DNA of 44,517 nt from an uncultured Rikenellaceae bacterium (GTDB lineage Bacteria > Bacteroidota > Bacteroidia > Bacteroidales > VadinHA17): the NCBI GenBank assembly GCA_964529295.1, contig CAZGUR010000003.1, positions 1 to 44,517 on the forward strand, given 5' to 3'. How positions within the stretch are numbered: position 1 is the first letter of the stretch; each line of letters begins with the position of its first letter. This document shows, one piece after another, positions 1-9,337 of the stretch. Made by a program: the position numbers and the translations under genes. The notes beneath the pieces were generated by a model. That model was not told where the DNA came from. It saw only the letters and a program-made list of their open reading frames with translations, and made no database searches.

Positions 1-70
1 CGCAAATAAATGCGGACCATGTTTTTTAAGTGCATCCACCATCAGAAGGTGGCTTTAATAGTTTTTTTAT

Positions 71-1336
71 TTATTCACTGCAATCTGTTGTGAAATATAT
101 GTTAGGGCTACCTGTTGAATTATAAAAAATCCCATCCGGAGGAAAAGGTAATCCCCAAACACAAACTTTATGAAGCAACGGCATATTATCCAGAAATAAT
201 TGTGTGATAGAAGTATTATTTGAAATATCCAAATAAGTCAATTCATTGGAACCGCAAATAAGATCAGTTAAATTAATATTATCAGAAAGATCCAAAGTGC
301 TTAACTGGTTATCGCTGCAGACAAAGTATTCCAGCATTGTGTTTTCTGTAACATTAATACCTGTTAGCTCGTTATGGCCGCAATTCAAATATTTTAAACC
401 AGGGTTTTTCGAAATATCCAAAGTTGAAAACATATTATTACTGCAATACAATCCCGACAGATCAGTATTGCCCGATATATCCAGATTGGATATCTGGTTA
501 TAATCGCAGTTCAGATATTTTAAGGAGATATTATTGGAAAGATCCAGAGTTGTAAATTGGTTGTTACGGCAATCTAATTGACCTAAAGAAGTGTTATTAG
601 TCAGATCCAGACCGGACAGATGATTATCCGAACAAATCAAACATTCTAAAGCGCTGCAATTGGAAACATCCAAACTGGTCAATTCATTAGCACCGGATCG
701 TAAAATCCTCAAATTACTATTATTTGAAACATCCAGAGTTGTAATATGATTATTTTCACATCCTAATACTTTCAGAGCAGTATTAGCTGAAATATCCAGG
801 TTGCTTAATTGATTGTAACCGCAGGTGAAATGTTCTAATGCAATATTGTTAGAAACGTCCAGAGTGCTTAACTGGTTGTCTCTGCAGTTCAAATCTAATA
901 ATGCAGTATTATCAGACACGTCCAGGGTGGGAAGCTGGTTTAGTTCGCACCACAAAAATGTTAAATCCGGACAAGCGGAAACGTCCAGATTACTCAACTG
1001 GTTCTCACCACACCATAAATAAACTAAGGCAGAATTGTTGGATAAATCAAGACTGTTTAATTGGTTTCTAACGCAAATCAGGGTATCTAGATTGACAAAT
1101 AATTCAATACCTGTTAAATCGCTAATACTATCTTCCCTTACATCAAGAAATGTTATTACTTCAGCTTCTGCAGGACTGATAAGGCTGTCTCTGTCAGTAT
1201 CAACTCCAAGAGATATCAGGGCATTTAAAAAATTGTCATCCTGAATAGAAACTACAGGTTTTGAAGGATCCTTTTCACATTGACTCAATAAAACCACCGT
1301 CAACACGGATAACAAGAGTCTGATTACTGGTTTCAT
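71..1336 (-). CDS. Leucine-rich-repeat lipoprotein (about 15 tandem 21-residue Cys-containing LRRs)
   Basis: ORF 71..1366. The ATG at 1336 gives MKPVIRLLLSVLTVVLLSQC (signal peptide plus lipobox-like Cys); the 1366 start is TTG. The body is a regular LD(V/L/I)SxNxxLxxLxCxxNQLxx repeat with a 63-bp period. Confidence 0.8.
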   Translation of the reverse strand: MKPVIRLLLSVLTVVLLSQCEKDPSKPVVSIQDDNFLNALISLGVDTDRDSLISPAEAEVITFLDVREDSISDLTGIELFVNLDTLICVRNQLNSLDLSNNSALVYLWCGENQLSNLDVSACPDLTFLWCELNQLPTLDVSDNTALLDLNCRDNQLSTLDVSNNIALEHFTCGYNQLSNLDISANTALKVLGCENNHITTLDVSNNSNLRILRSGANELTSLDVSNCSALECLICSDNHLSGLDLTNNTSLGQLDCRNNQFTTLDLSNNISLKYLNCDYNQISNLDISGNTDLSGLYCSNNMFSTLDISKNPGLKYLNCGHNELTGINVTENTMLEYFVCSDNQLSTLDLSDNINLTDLICGSNELTYLDISNNTSITQLFLDNMPLLHKVCVWGLPFPPDGIFYNSTGSPNIYFTTDCSE

Positions 1337-1501
1337 TTTAAATGGGTGTAGATTATTGTAATTCAAATATATGAAAAAATTCTTTCAGGCCCCCTGTTAC
1401 CACCATATATGTCAGGCTGTCACTTTTTCAGATCGCGGCATAATTTGGCAAAGAAATTGATATATTATTTTCCGGGATTATTATAAAAAAAAGACAGACA
1501 G

Positions 1502-2179
1502 ATGGCAATATGGATAATATTCATAGCGGTAATGATAATGAGCTGGCTTGTAAGCAACAAGCTTAAGCGCAAATTCAGAAAATATTCAAAAATACCTGTG
1601 GGCAGGGGAATGACAGGTCGTGATATTGTTGAAAAGATGCTGCATGACCATGGCATTCATGACGTCAGTATTGGCAGTGTGGGAGGTCAGCTGACAGACC
1701 ATTATAATCCGGCCAAAAAAAGCATTAACCTGAGCCGCGAGGTATATTCGGGCTCAAGCATTGCTTCGGCTGCCGTAGCAGCACATGAATGCGGTCATGC
1801 AGTGCAGCATGCGCAGGCTTATACCTGGCTTGGACTTCGTTCGAAGCTTGTTCCGGCTGTCAGCTTTGCCTCAAAATGGGTTCACTGGGTGCTGATTGCA
1901 GGTATTATACTGATAGAGACCATGCCATGGTTATTACTGGCGGGTATAGTACTGTTTGCGCTGACAACCCTTTTCAGCCTGATAACGCTTCCGGTTGAGA
2001 TCAATGCCAGCAAAAGGGCCCTGGCCTGGCTTTCAAATTCAGGGATAACGGTTTACGGCACCCATGAAAAGGCTGAGGATGCCCTCAGGTGGGCTTCATA
2101 TACATACGTGATTGCTGCGCTTGGATCGATAGCAGCCCTGCTGTACTACGTAATGATCTTTGTTGGTCTTGATGACTGA
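1502..2179 (+). CDS. Membrane zinc metallopeptidase, YugP-like (Zn_peptidase_2 family)
   Basis: N-terminal TM segment, then LTDHYNP and AAHECGHAVQH (HExxH), with C-terminal TM helices. This layout is typical of the family. Confidence 0.85.
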   Translation: MAIWIIFIAVMIMSWLVSNKLKRKFRKYSKIPVGRGMTGRDIVEKMLHDHGIHDVSIGSVGGQLTDHYNPAKKSINLSREVYSGSSIASAAVAAHECGHAVQHAQAYTWLGLRSKLVPAVSFASKWVHWVLIAGIILIETMPWLLLAGIVLFALTTLFSLITLPVEINASKRALAWLSNSGITVYGTHEKAEDALRWASYTYVIAALGSIAALLYYVMIFVGLDD

Positions 2180-2182
2180 TGT

Positions 2183-2917
2183 TTACCTCCCCTCAACATT
2201 AAGCCAGGAGGTGCGTTTTTTCATTATCCTCAGTATTAACCACGACAGTAAACCGAAAACAAGCAATACTGCCCACAGCGGATGTATTGCAATTTCACCA
2301 TCAAGACTGTAATTGCGGCTTACATCAAGCAGGGCAAAAACTATAAATATTGTTCCGAAGCCGTTATATTCCCTTTTAAGCACATTGCGAAAGGAGAAAG
2401 ACATATCAGACCTGGTGTAATTCCTGAACGAGGGGATAAAAGATTTTACCTTCTCCGACCAGAGGTCATAGGATTCACTGAACTTTCTCCTGAGGAACTG
2501 CTCCTCTGCAAACATTATCCTTTCATAATAAAGCCAGTAGGCCAGGCAGAAGATAATGACAATCCATACTGAGCGCAGAAACAATACGGGTCCGAGCCAC
2601 ATAAAAAAGTTACCCAGGTACAGGGGATGCCTCAGCACGGAATAAATACCCGTGGTATTCAGCTTTTCCGCTACCTGTCCGTGTATATTCCTCCCTGATG
2701 TGTTTTTTGGTGTCCGTCCCACAGTCACAGCCCTTATCACCTGTCCAAGCAGGCTGACAGCCAGGAAGGCGATTTCGGTACCCGGACTGTATTCCAGCGA
2801 GGGCTTACGGGAAAGGACGATATAAGCCAGTGAGGGGATAAGGATAAACAGGGGCAGCCAGCCCCTTCTTTTAAAAAGCCAGTTACCACTTTTTTCAAAT
2901 TCATGTACCAGGGCCAT
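2183..2917 (-). CDS. Isoprenylcysteine carboxyl / phospholipid methyltransferase-family membrane protein
   Basis: Polytopic membrane protein carrying TTGIYSVLRHPLYLGNFFMWLG, the conserved RHPxY-hyd-G signature of the ICMT/PEMT-like family. Confidence 0.75.
   Translation of the reverse strand: MALVHEFEKSGNWLFKRRGWLPLFILIPSLAYIVLSRKPSLEYSPGTEIAFLAVSLLGQVIRAVTVGRTPKNTSGRNIHGQVAEKLNTTGIYSVLRHPLYLGNFFMWLGPVLFLRSVWIVIIFCLAYWLYYERIMFAEEQFLRRKFSESYDLWSEKVKSFIPSFRNYTRSDMSFSFRNVLKREYNGFGTIFIVFALLDVSRNYSLDGEIAIHPLWAVLLVFGLLSWLILRIMKKRTSWLNVEGR
2185..2221 (+). terminator. Possible intrinsic terminator for the 1502..2179 gene, embedded in the 3' end of the convergent gene
   Basis: acctcc (2185-2190) pairs with ggaggt (2207-2212) across a 16-nt loop, followed by gcg and a T6 run (2216-2221). 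The loop is long, so the call is weak. Confidence 0.3.
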
Positions 2918-2959
2918 AGCTCAACTTATTGTTTTCAGTTGCCAAAAGTATTAAATAAT

Positions 2960-4111
2960 TCAGAAACTGTATTTCACTCTTAAAAACCCCAGGTTCATTT
3001 TATGCCTCTCACTATTAAGTTCTGCATTAAAATGCTGCCAGATAAAGGAAAAATCAAGGTTGGCGGAAAGCGATATGTCTGCTGTGGGACCGGCAAAGAA
3101 GCCCTGCAGTCCGGGATACCATATTGCCGACATGCTGATATTGACGAGGGGACTGAGAGGATAACTCACACCTCCGAAAAGGGAAATCTCTGAAAAAGCC
3201 AGGTCTTTAACTGATATATCTGCTGAATAAAAGGCATCCAGGCTTTCGAATTCCAGCGGCTCATTGCAGTACATGGCCTGTACCTGCAACATACCACTGC
3301 CTGAAAACGAACGGTCAAACCCTATTGTGAACAATCCCGTGCCGGTGGTATCCCTGAAATTAGCACGCGGCTGAAACCAGCTCAGCTCACCCCTGAATGA
3401 TGTGCTTCCGATGGACCCTGACCAGCCGGTACCAAAAACAATATCCCTGCTGTCAACAGACCCTGCCAGAAGCTGTATATCATATCCCCATTTATTAAAC
3501 CTGTACATAGCCGCCATGGTAAGGTCCTTATCACTATCCATGGCTCCTGCCAGCTCTATGGTGGAAGAGAAGGAGGGGAATATCTGCAATCTTATGGCAT
3601 CAGATCCAGGTCTCTCCGGATAGTCAACATCAAAATATGAATAGGCATTGAAAATATCGTTCGGATTCCATACAAAGGTCTGTCCCCAATTGATTCTCTG
3701 CCGGCCCGCCCTGAACTGCACATTGCCCGTGCTTATATCCACCCATGCACGGTCAAGGCAGCTATTGAGTATAAAGGAATTCTCATTAAAGACATTTGTT
3801 GTCATATCGATAAGTCCACGGTCCCCCGCCAGCCTGCCGGCATAAGCCGGGTCCATCCTTACCATGTCGCCTGTAAAAAAACGGTTCCTCATCTCCAGGC
3901 CGATGGTGATTGCAGAACCGGCATACAGGCGGAAGTTAAGCCTGTTATGTATCAGATTATCATTTATCCATTCCCCCTCCACTTCTTCGAAGATGACGCT
4001 CTGCATATTACTTGCATACCCGCCCAGGCTTGCCCGGAACATCTTGTCCTGTCCATACACCGCGGCCATACCGCATAAGAAGAATATAACTACCAAACCT
4101 TTAAGCCTCAT
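2960..4111 (-). CDS. Outer-membrane beta-barrel protein of unknown family, last gene of the ABC export operon
   Basis: The ATG at 4111 gives MRLKGLVVIFFLCGMAAVYGQ (signal peptide); the 4132 start is GTG. Alternating hydrophobic pattern, and a C-terminal ...RVKYSF with terminal Phe typical of OMPs. No family recognised. Confidence 0.6.
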   Translation of the reverse strand: MRLKGLVVIFFLCGMAAVYGQDKMFRASLGGYASNMQSVIFEEVEGEWINDNLIHNRLNFRLYAGSAITIGLEMRNRFFTGDMVRMDPAYAGRLAGDRGLIDMTTNVFNENSFILNSCLDRAWVDISTGNVQFRAGRQRINWGQTFVWNPNDIFNAYSYFDVDYPERPGSDAIRLQIFPSFSSTIELAGAMDSDKDLTMAAMYRFNKWGYDIQLLAGSVDSRDIVFGTGWSGSIGSTSFRGELSWFQPRANFRDTTGTGLFTIGFDRSFSGSGMLQVQAMYCNEPLEFESLDAFYSADISVKDLAFSEISLFGGVSYPLSPLVNISMSAIWYPGLQGFFAGPTADISLSANLDFSFIWQHFNAELNSERHKMNLGFLRVKYSF

Positions 4112-4171
4112 ATCAGTCACTTTTTTGGTCACGGCTCAATCTTTACTCAGGTCCAACTGCCTTATTTCCTG

Positions 4172-4906
4172 TCACTGCTTATCCACGGATTCCTGTTCCC
4201 CCTGATCACTGCCCTTTTCCGGATCCCTGTTTTCATCCGAAACTACCTTTCCGTCTTCGATAGTTATAACCCTCCGGGCCTTTTTTACCACCCTGGTATC
4301 GTGGGTTGAAAAGATAAATGTTATATTTTCCTCCCTGTTAAGTTTCAGCATTATATCCAGCAGTGTTTCTGTTGATTTTGAGTCGAGATTGGCCGTGGGC
4401 TCATCGGCAAGTACAAAGCGCGGCTTAGAGGCCAGGGCACGGGCTACTGTAACCCTCTGCTGCTGTCCGCCCGAAAGCTGCGAAGGCCGGCTTTCGGCCC
4501 GCTCCTCCAGGCCCACAGCCCTCAACAGTTCCATTGTACGCTCATCCCTTTTCTTTCTGGGCCATTTCTGCAGGTTCAGAATAAACTCCACATTTTCCTT
4601 TGCCGTAAGCACGGGGATAAGGTTATAGGACTGGAAGACAAAGCCAATATTCCGCATCCTGAAATCAATTATTTCCGATGATTTAAGTTGTGAAAGGTCG
4701 GTGTCATTAACCAGTATTTTCCCTTCGGTAGGCATGTCCAGTCCGCCTATCATATTCAGCAATGTTGTTTTTCCCGAGCCTGAAGGGCCCACTATTGCTG
4801 CAAACTCGCCCTCTTCAAAAGTCAGGTCTACACCGTTTACCGCATGTACCTCTATATGCGTGGTATTATAAACCTTATGTACATTCTTTAACTCCAGTAC
4901 TTTCAT
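4172..4906 (-). CDS. ABC transporter ATP-binding protein, LolD/MacB/FtsE-type
   Basis: Walker A GPSGSGKTT, signature LSGGQQQRV, Walker B FVLADEPT, H-loop THD, and FVFQSYNLIP typical of the MacB/LolD clade. Confidence 0.95.
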   Translation of the reverse strand: MKVLELKNVHKVYNTTHIEVHAVNGVDLTFEEGEFAAIVGPSGSGKTTLLNMIGGLDMPTEGKILVNDTDLSQLKSSEIIDFRMRNIGFVFQSYNLIPVLTAKENVEFILNLQKWPRKKRDERTMELLRAVGLEERAESRPSQLSGGQQQRVTVARALASKPRFVLADEPTANLDSKSTETLLDIMLKLNREENITFIFSTHDTRVVKKARRVITIEDGKVVSDENRDPEKGSDQGEQESVDKQ

Positions 4907-4951
4907 CTGTTCAAAATTTTTAGTTTCATCTTAGCTGTTTTAAATGTTTTT

Positions 4952-6379
4952 TTATTCTGTCCTGAGCGCATCGGCAGGATTTAGTTTCAATGCTTTAAGT
5001 GCGGGATACACCGATGATAATATCCCTGTTATTATTATCAGTACCGTGACAATAAGGAAAAAATCCAGACCTATGTCAGGATAAATATGTGCTGAGAATC
5101 CCATAGCTTCAAATCCTTCCTGCATAGACCTGAAATTAATACCATTCTTTGCAGTAAAAGCTGTCACTATCCAGCTTACGATCATGCCGGCCACTCCACC
5201 TGTCAGTGAAAGGAAAACGGACTCGGTCATAATCATCCTGAACACCTTCTTTTTATTCATGCCTATGGCGGTAAGCATCCCCAGCTCTTTTGTACGTTCA
5301 AGAACCACCATAAGCATGGTGTTAACAATACCGAAGGCCAGTGCGGCCAGTATCAGTGCCATAAACAACCCATACATGGCCTCTGCCATTTCCGAGGTCA
5401 TAGCCATATCAGGCTGTATCTCTTTCCAGCTCAACACTTCAAGATCCGGAAACATATTTCTCAGTTTTTCCGTGAGCACATCCGTATCATCGATATCAAA
5501 CAATCTGATTATTATCTTATGCGCTGTATTGGGGGAAAACCCGATAAGATCCCTCAGTCCCTTTTCCATGACAAAAACGCGTCCCGACTCAAACATACTG
5601 TTGGGTATATCATATATGCCGCCTACCCTGTAAACACCTCCGGTCTGATGGTTATCCCTGTCGACAAAAGTCAGAATGAACCTGGCCCTTTTCCTTATTC
5701 TTTGCGCTGCTTCGCGAATACTTACACCATATTCCGCCTCCTGCTGTTCTGTCAGCACAGACCTCATCTTCTTTTTAAAATCCTTCTCGTTACTGAACCT
5801 TGTCCCGGTAAATTCATCCATTGCCTGCAGTATCTCTTCCGGCAATTCTGATTCTGCCAGTTCATTAATCACTGCATCATTAATCTCGTACCTTATGATG
5901 TTAAGCTGCTTTGCCAGGTCAAAGCCTATATAGGCAAGACCGGAGTTATCATCCTGCTCAAAATAATCACCCGTACCGGGTACCAGCTCTTTATGCAGCT
6001 TAAAAATCCTTTTCTCCTGCTCCGGGCTTATCCCGGTAATATTAACACCTGCACTCTTCCTGGCTGTATTTGCCATTCCCACAACAAACAACCTGTCACA
6101 TACAGACTCCACTTCTTCAATGCCGGATATCTGTTTCTTTATATAGTCCACACTGTCAATAAATGTTCCCAGGTCATTATTCGACCTGAACCCTTTGCCA
6201 GTTATCTGTATATGCGAAATCTCATGATCAATGGCCGAATCTATCCTCTGATCAATGGCCCCGTTCATAACGGCCACGGCAAATACCCCGGAAAAGATAC
6301 CTATGGTAACGGCAGCAATAACAACAAGGCTCCTGGTCCTGTTCCTCCACACATTCTTCCAGGCGGTTTTTGTAATCAT
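4952..6379 (-). CDS. FtsX/MacB-type ABC permease
   Basis: N-terminal TM (WKNVWRNRTRS motif), a roughly 300-aa extracytoplasmic domain, then three C-terminal TMs ending ...LKLNPADALRTE, typical of the FtsX family. Confidence 0.9.
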   Translation of the reverse strand: MITKTAWKNVWRNRTRSLVVIAAVTIGIFSGVFAVAVMNGAIDQRIDSAIDHEISHIQITGKGFRSNNDLGTFIDSVDYIKKQISGIEEVESVCDRLFVVGMANTARKSAGVNITGISPEQEKRIFKLHKELVPGTGDYFEQDDNSGLAYIGFDLAKQLNIIRYEINDAVINELAESELPEEILQAMDEFTGTRFSNEKDFKKKMRSVLTEQQEAEYGVSIREAAQRIRKRARFILTFVDRDNHQTGGVYRVGGIYDIPNSMFESGRVFVMEKGLRDLIGFSPNTAHKIIIRLFDIDDTDVLTEKLRNMFPDLEVLSWKEIQPDMAMTSEMAEAMYGLFMALILAALAFGIVNTMLMVVLERTKELGMLTAIGMNKKKVFRMIMTESVFLSLTGGVAGMIVSWIVTAFTAKNGINFRSMQEGFEAMGFSAHIYPDIGLDFFLIVTVLIIITGILSSVYPALKALKLNPADALRTE

Positions 6380-6391
6380 CTTTTATATTTT

Positions 6392-7804
6392 TTATGCTCT
6401 CAGAGCGTTTACTTCTTTCATTTTCCATATGTTTATCACAGGGTATATCACTGCTATCAAAACAATGACCGCCACCACAAGCGATTGAGAGAGGAAATAA
6501 TCATCCATCCACTTAAAGGCCATTACAGGTTCAAAGCCATAATCCTCAAATATCTTGGCCAGCCTGGCCGAAAAATGTATGGGGTTATGGTATCCGTAAA
6601 TAATAGCCGGCACCGCCACCGCCACTCCGCACAGTATGCCCAGCAGGCCTATATACAGCATCTCGTACACCATTACGGCTGCCAGCTTTGTTTTCTGCAT
6701 CCCTATAGCCACAAGCACCCCAAACTCCCTCCTTCTCTCTGCCGTCATCATCAATACAGTGCCGAAAACACCGAAGGCGATGACAAGGTAAAGTATACCT
6801 ATCATTATCAGCCCGCTCTTATTATCAGCCTCCAGCTGCTGCACAAGTGTGCTGTTCATCTCTTTCCAGTCCAGTACACGGTATGGACTGTCGAGCTTTT
6901 CATCCAGTCGCGCCATGGTGTTATCTATGGCCTTATCATCATTATCTTGCAGATGAATCACCATTGAGGTCAGTTTGCCGGGCGCATAATATAACTCCTG
7001 GCAAATATCAACAGGAAGGTAGACCAGCTTATTATCCAGCTCAGGGTTTGGCATACTGACAATACCTGCAATGGAATATTTACCTGCCGCCGTATGCCCG
7101 TGATAAGCCTGTCCGACAAGTATTATGGTATCCCCCCTTTCGAGTCCGAGGTAGCGTGACAGCCTGTCGCCCACAAGGGCAGAGTTGTCGCCCATACTGA
7201 AATAGGAATTATCCACTGTGGCATATTCCCTGAACAGGGGCATAAGCAGCTCTTCGTCGTCTTCCTTTATATTAAGGTCAAGCTGCAGGCGGCCGTCACC
7301 CGAATACGAGTTGCCCTCAAAAAGATCAAGATTCTTCACAAGATAATCCGGGATATCTTCAGATTTGATATTATTGACCGCCTCTTCACTAAGCCTGTAT
7401 TTTACAAGCCTGTCCTCCACATCGTATAACAGAAGTTCCTTCTGAGGATCAATACCCATCACCATAACACCTTTTGACCTTGTGCCGCTGGAAGCCAGTG
7501 CAAATGATTCAAAACGCGGAATAATATCATTGACATTATCATCCTCTTCTATAATCTGCCTCAGGGCGGCTGTTTCCTCAAATACATTGTCCACTGTCCT
7601 GTTCTCCCAGAAATCTTCATCCTGCACCTGTATATAACCTGAATATGATTCTATAATGCTCTTATACATATAATCATAGGTGCCTAGCTGCATAGACCTC
7701 ATAATCAACGCAAAGAACACTGCGAAGAAGACTGAAGCAACGGTTATCAGAGTCCTTCGCCTGTTCCTCCAAAGGTTTCTCCAGGCTATCATGTAATTCT
7801 TCAT
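6392..7804 (-). CDS. FtsX/MacB-type ABC permease (second copy)
   Basis: Same architecture as 4952..6379 (WRNLWRNRRRT, large periplasmic domain, C-terminal 3-TM FtsX module). Confidence 0.9.
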   Translation of the reverse strand: MKNYMIAWRNLWRNRRRTLITVASVFFAVFFALIMRSMQLGTYDYMYKSIIESYSGYIQVQDEDFWENRTVDNVFEETAALRQIIEEDDNVNDIIPRFESFALASSGTRSKGVMVMGIDPQKELLLYDVEDRLVKYRLSEEAVNNIKSEDIPDYLVKNLDLFEGNSYSGDGRLQLDLNIKEDDEELLMPLFREYATVDNSYFSMGDNSALVGDRLSRYLGLERGDTIILVGQAYHGHTAAGKYSIAGIVSMPNPELDNKLVYLPVDICQELYYAPGKLTSMVIHLQDNDDKAIDNTMARLDEKLDSPYRVLDWKEMNSTLVQQLEADNKSGLIMIGILYLVIAFGVFGTVLMMTAERRREFGVLVAIGMQKTKLAAVMVYEMLYIGLLGILCGVAVAVPAIIYGYHNPIHFSARLAKIFEDYGFEPVMAFKWMDDYFLSQSLVVAVIVLIAVIYPVINIWKMKEVNALRA

Positions 7805-7808
7805 ATAT

Positions 7809-8576
7809 TCAATATTTTTTATTTATGAGCCTGTCTGCCCTTTGAAGATTCTGCTGTGAGAAAAAACCACCTTCAACAGTGATATTAAACTTTATCTCCT
7901 TTATCTCAACAATGGTTTTATAACCTTCCTCATCTTCCGGTATTATCTCCATCACCGTGGGTATAAGCCTGCCATCCATTGTCTTTATTGCCTTTCCCAG
8001 CTCTGTCCTTACCAGGTATCCCTCCTCATCATACAATTCGGCTTTAAGAAACAGGTAATCCTCCTTGCTTATCCACCTGAGCTGGTGCCCCCATATCACC
8101 TTCGCATCCTCCTTAGCCGTCAGCCTGATCCTGTAGCATTGTCTACCCTCAACTTCCTCCTCACCGGTAATCTCATGACTGTAATCTTCAACAACCGACG
8201 ATTCCCTGAGGATATCATCATTTGTATAGTCAGAGCCCATCCATCCCTGCGACATCATGGCAGGCGGGAGTTTAATCATTCTGCTGATACCCGGATTCCA
8301 GTTCCACATCTCTGAAGCTCTTTTCAGGTAAGCCTGTCCCCTGTCCCGGGCAGGGGAGGTGATAACGGTAAGGGCATAATCGGTCCCGAGTGTCCAGCCT
8401 TTAAACTCAAGGGTCCTCTCCCACTCAGGGCGTATAATGGTCATTGCCATTACCGAATAGCTCGATTTCTCACCGTTTATCTTTTCATTGGCCCGCTCCA
8501 CTATATCCCTTGCATCCTGGGCATGCAGTGCCGCCCCGGCAGAAAACACCATGATAAGTATACACAGTTTCGTCAT
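7809..8576 (-). CDS. LolA-like outer-membrane lipoprotein-sorting protein family
   Basis: The ORF is open to 8717, but the first 47 codons are read-through of a 72-bp tandem repeat. The ATG at 8576 gives MTKLCILIMVFSAGAALHAQ (signal peptide). The body matches the LolA_like family pattern (...WNWNPGISRMIKLPPAMMSQGWMGSDYTNDD...). Confidence 0.8.
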   Translation of the reverse strand: MTKLCILIMVFSAGAALHAQDARDIVERANEKINGEKSSYSVMAMTIIRPEWERTLEFKGWTLGTDYALTVITSPARDRGQAYLKRASEMWNWNPGISRMIKLPPAMMSQGWMGSDYTNDDILRESSVVEDYSHEITGEEEVEGRQCYRIRLTAKEDAKVIWGHQLRWISKEDYLFLKAELYDEEGYLVRTELGKAIKTMDGRLIPTVMEIIPEDEEGYKTIVEIKEIKFNITVEGGFFSQQNLQRADRLINKKY

Positions 8577-8597
8577 TATCCTTTTATAACTTGCTGG

Positions 8598-8724
8598 ATG
8601 AAAACTGTCAAAAAATTTCGCATAGCATGAAATCGTGCGTTTCATCTTGATCCGTACAGAGTGTTTTGCATGAAAACTGTCGGGAAATTTCGCATGGTAT
8701 GAAATCGTTCGTTTCATCTTGATC
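8598..8724. repeat. Tandem duplication, 2 units with 72-bp period, each containing an ATGAAA-N7-TTTCAT palindrome
   Basis: Unit 1 (8598-8652) and unit 2 (8670-8724): atgaaaactgtc(aaaaaa/gggaaa)tttcgcat(ag/gg)(c/t)atgaaatcgt(g/t)cgtttcatcttgatc. The array lies between the TetR stop (8730) and the LolA-like start (8576). Confidence 0.85.
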
Positions 8725-8729
8725 TTTTT

Positions 8730-9302
8730 TTAGCTGTATTTATTAAGAATTACCTTCTTTATCCTCTCCACCGGGAATAATCCCGGGTTACTTATGTAAT
8801 TAAAGCCTATGCCATCGAGCAAGGCGCCGAACAGCAATGCTTCCGAATGAGGATCGTCATAAGCCCGGGATTCAAAATATGCCTGCAGCATTCCTATATA
8901 ATTTTGAATCACTTCCGTTAGCCTGTCCTCCACCAGTGCTATTACCGGCGACTGCACAAACAAAGAAAAATAAAGCCTCCAGTATAACAGGTCCTCCTCC
9001 AGCAGGGCAAAGAAACGGTCAAGCAAGGATTCCATTTCCTTATAACTTATTACGCCGTCGGAGTCAGGATCAAGCAAACGTTCAATATTCTCAAGTCCTG
9101 AAAAAATAATAGTCTTTATCAGTTCCTCCTTGCTCCTGAAATAGTTATACAGTAAACCCTTTGAAATACCCGCTCTGTAAGCTATACTGCTTATTGTGGT
9201 GCCGTAATATCCTTTGCTGGCAAAGAGTTCAAGGGCAGTGCGCATAATAAGCGCTTTCCTGCCTTCTCTTATATTCTTGTATTGACTGGCTGTCCTTGGC
9301 AT
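8730..9302 (-). CDS. TetR/AcrR-family transcriptional regulator
   Basis: N-terminal HTH ...ALELFASKGYYGTTISSIAYRAGISKGLLYNYFRSKEEL..., 190 aa, first gene of the export operon. Confidence 0.9.
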   Translation of the reverse strand: MPRTASQYKNIREGRKALIMRTALELFASKGYYGTTISSIAYRAGISKGLLYNYFRSKEELIKTIIFSGLENIERLLDPDSDGVISYKEMESLLDRFFALLEEDLLYWRLYFSLFVQSPVIALVEDRLTEVIQNYIGMLQAYFESRAYDDPHSEALLFGALLDGIGFNYISNPGLFPVERIKKVILNKYS

Positions 9303-9337
9303 CTTTTTCCTGATAGGTCAAATTAAGCATTCACTTT

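Noticed and set aside
5993-6967. 324-aa plus-strand ORF spanning the junction of the two permease genes
   Set aside because: It is antisense to two well-supported FtsX permease genes. Its translation is His/Tyr/Cys/Pro-rich low-complexity with no motif, typical of a shadow ORF.
7809-8717. Full 302-aa version of the LolA-like ORF starting MKRTISYHAKF...
   Set aside because: The first 47 codons are two translated copies of the 72-bp tandem repeat. The signal peptide begins at the internal ATG (8576).
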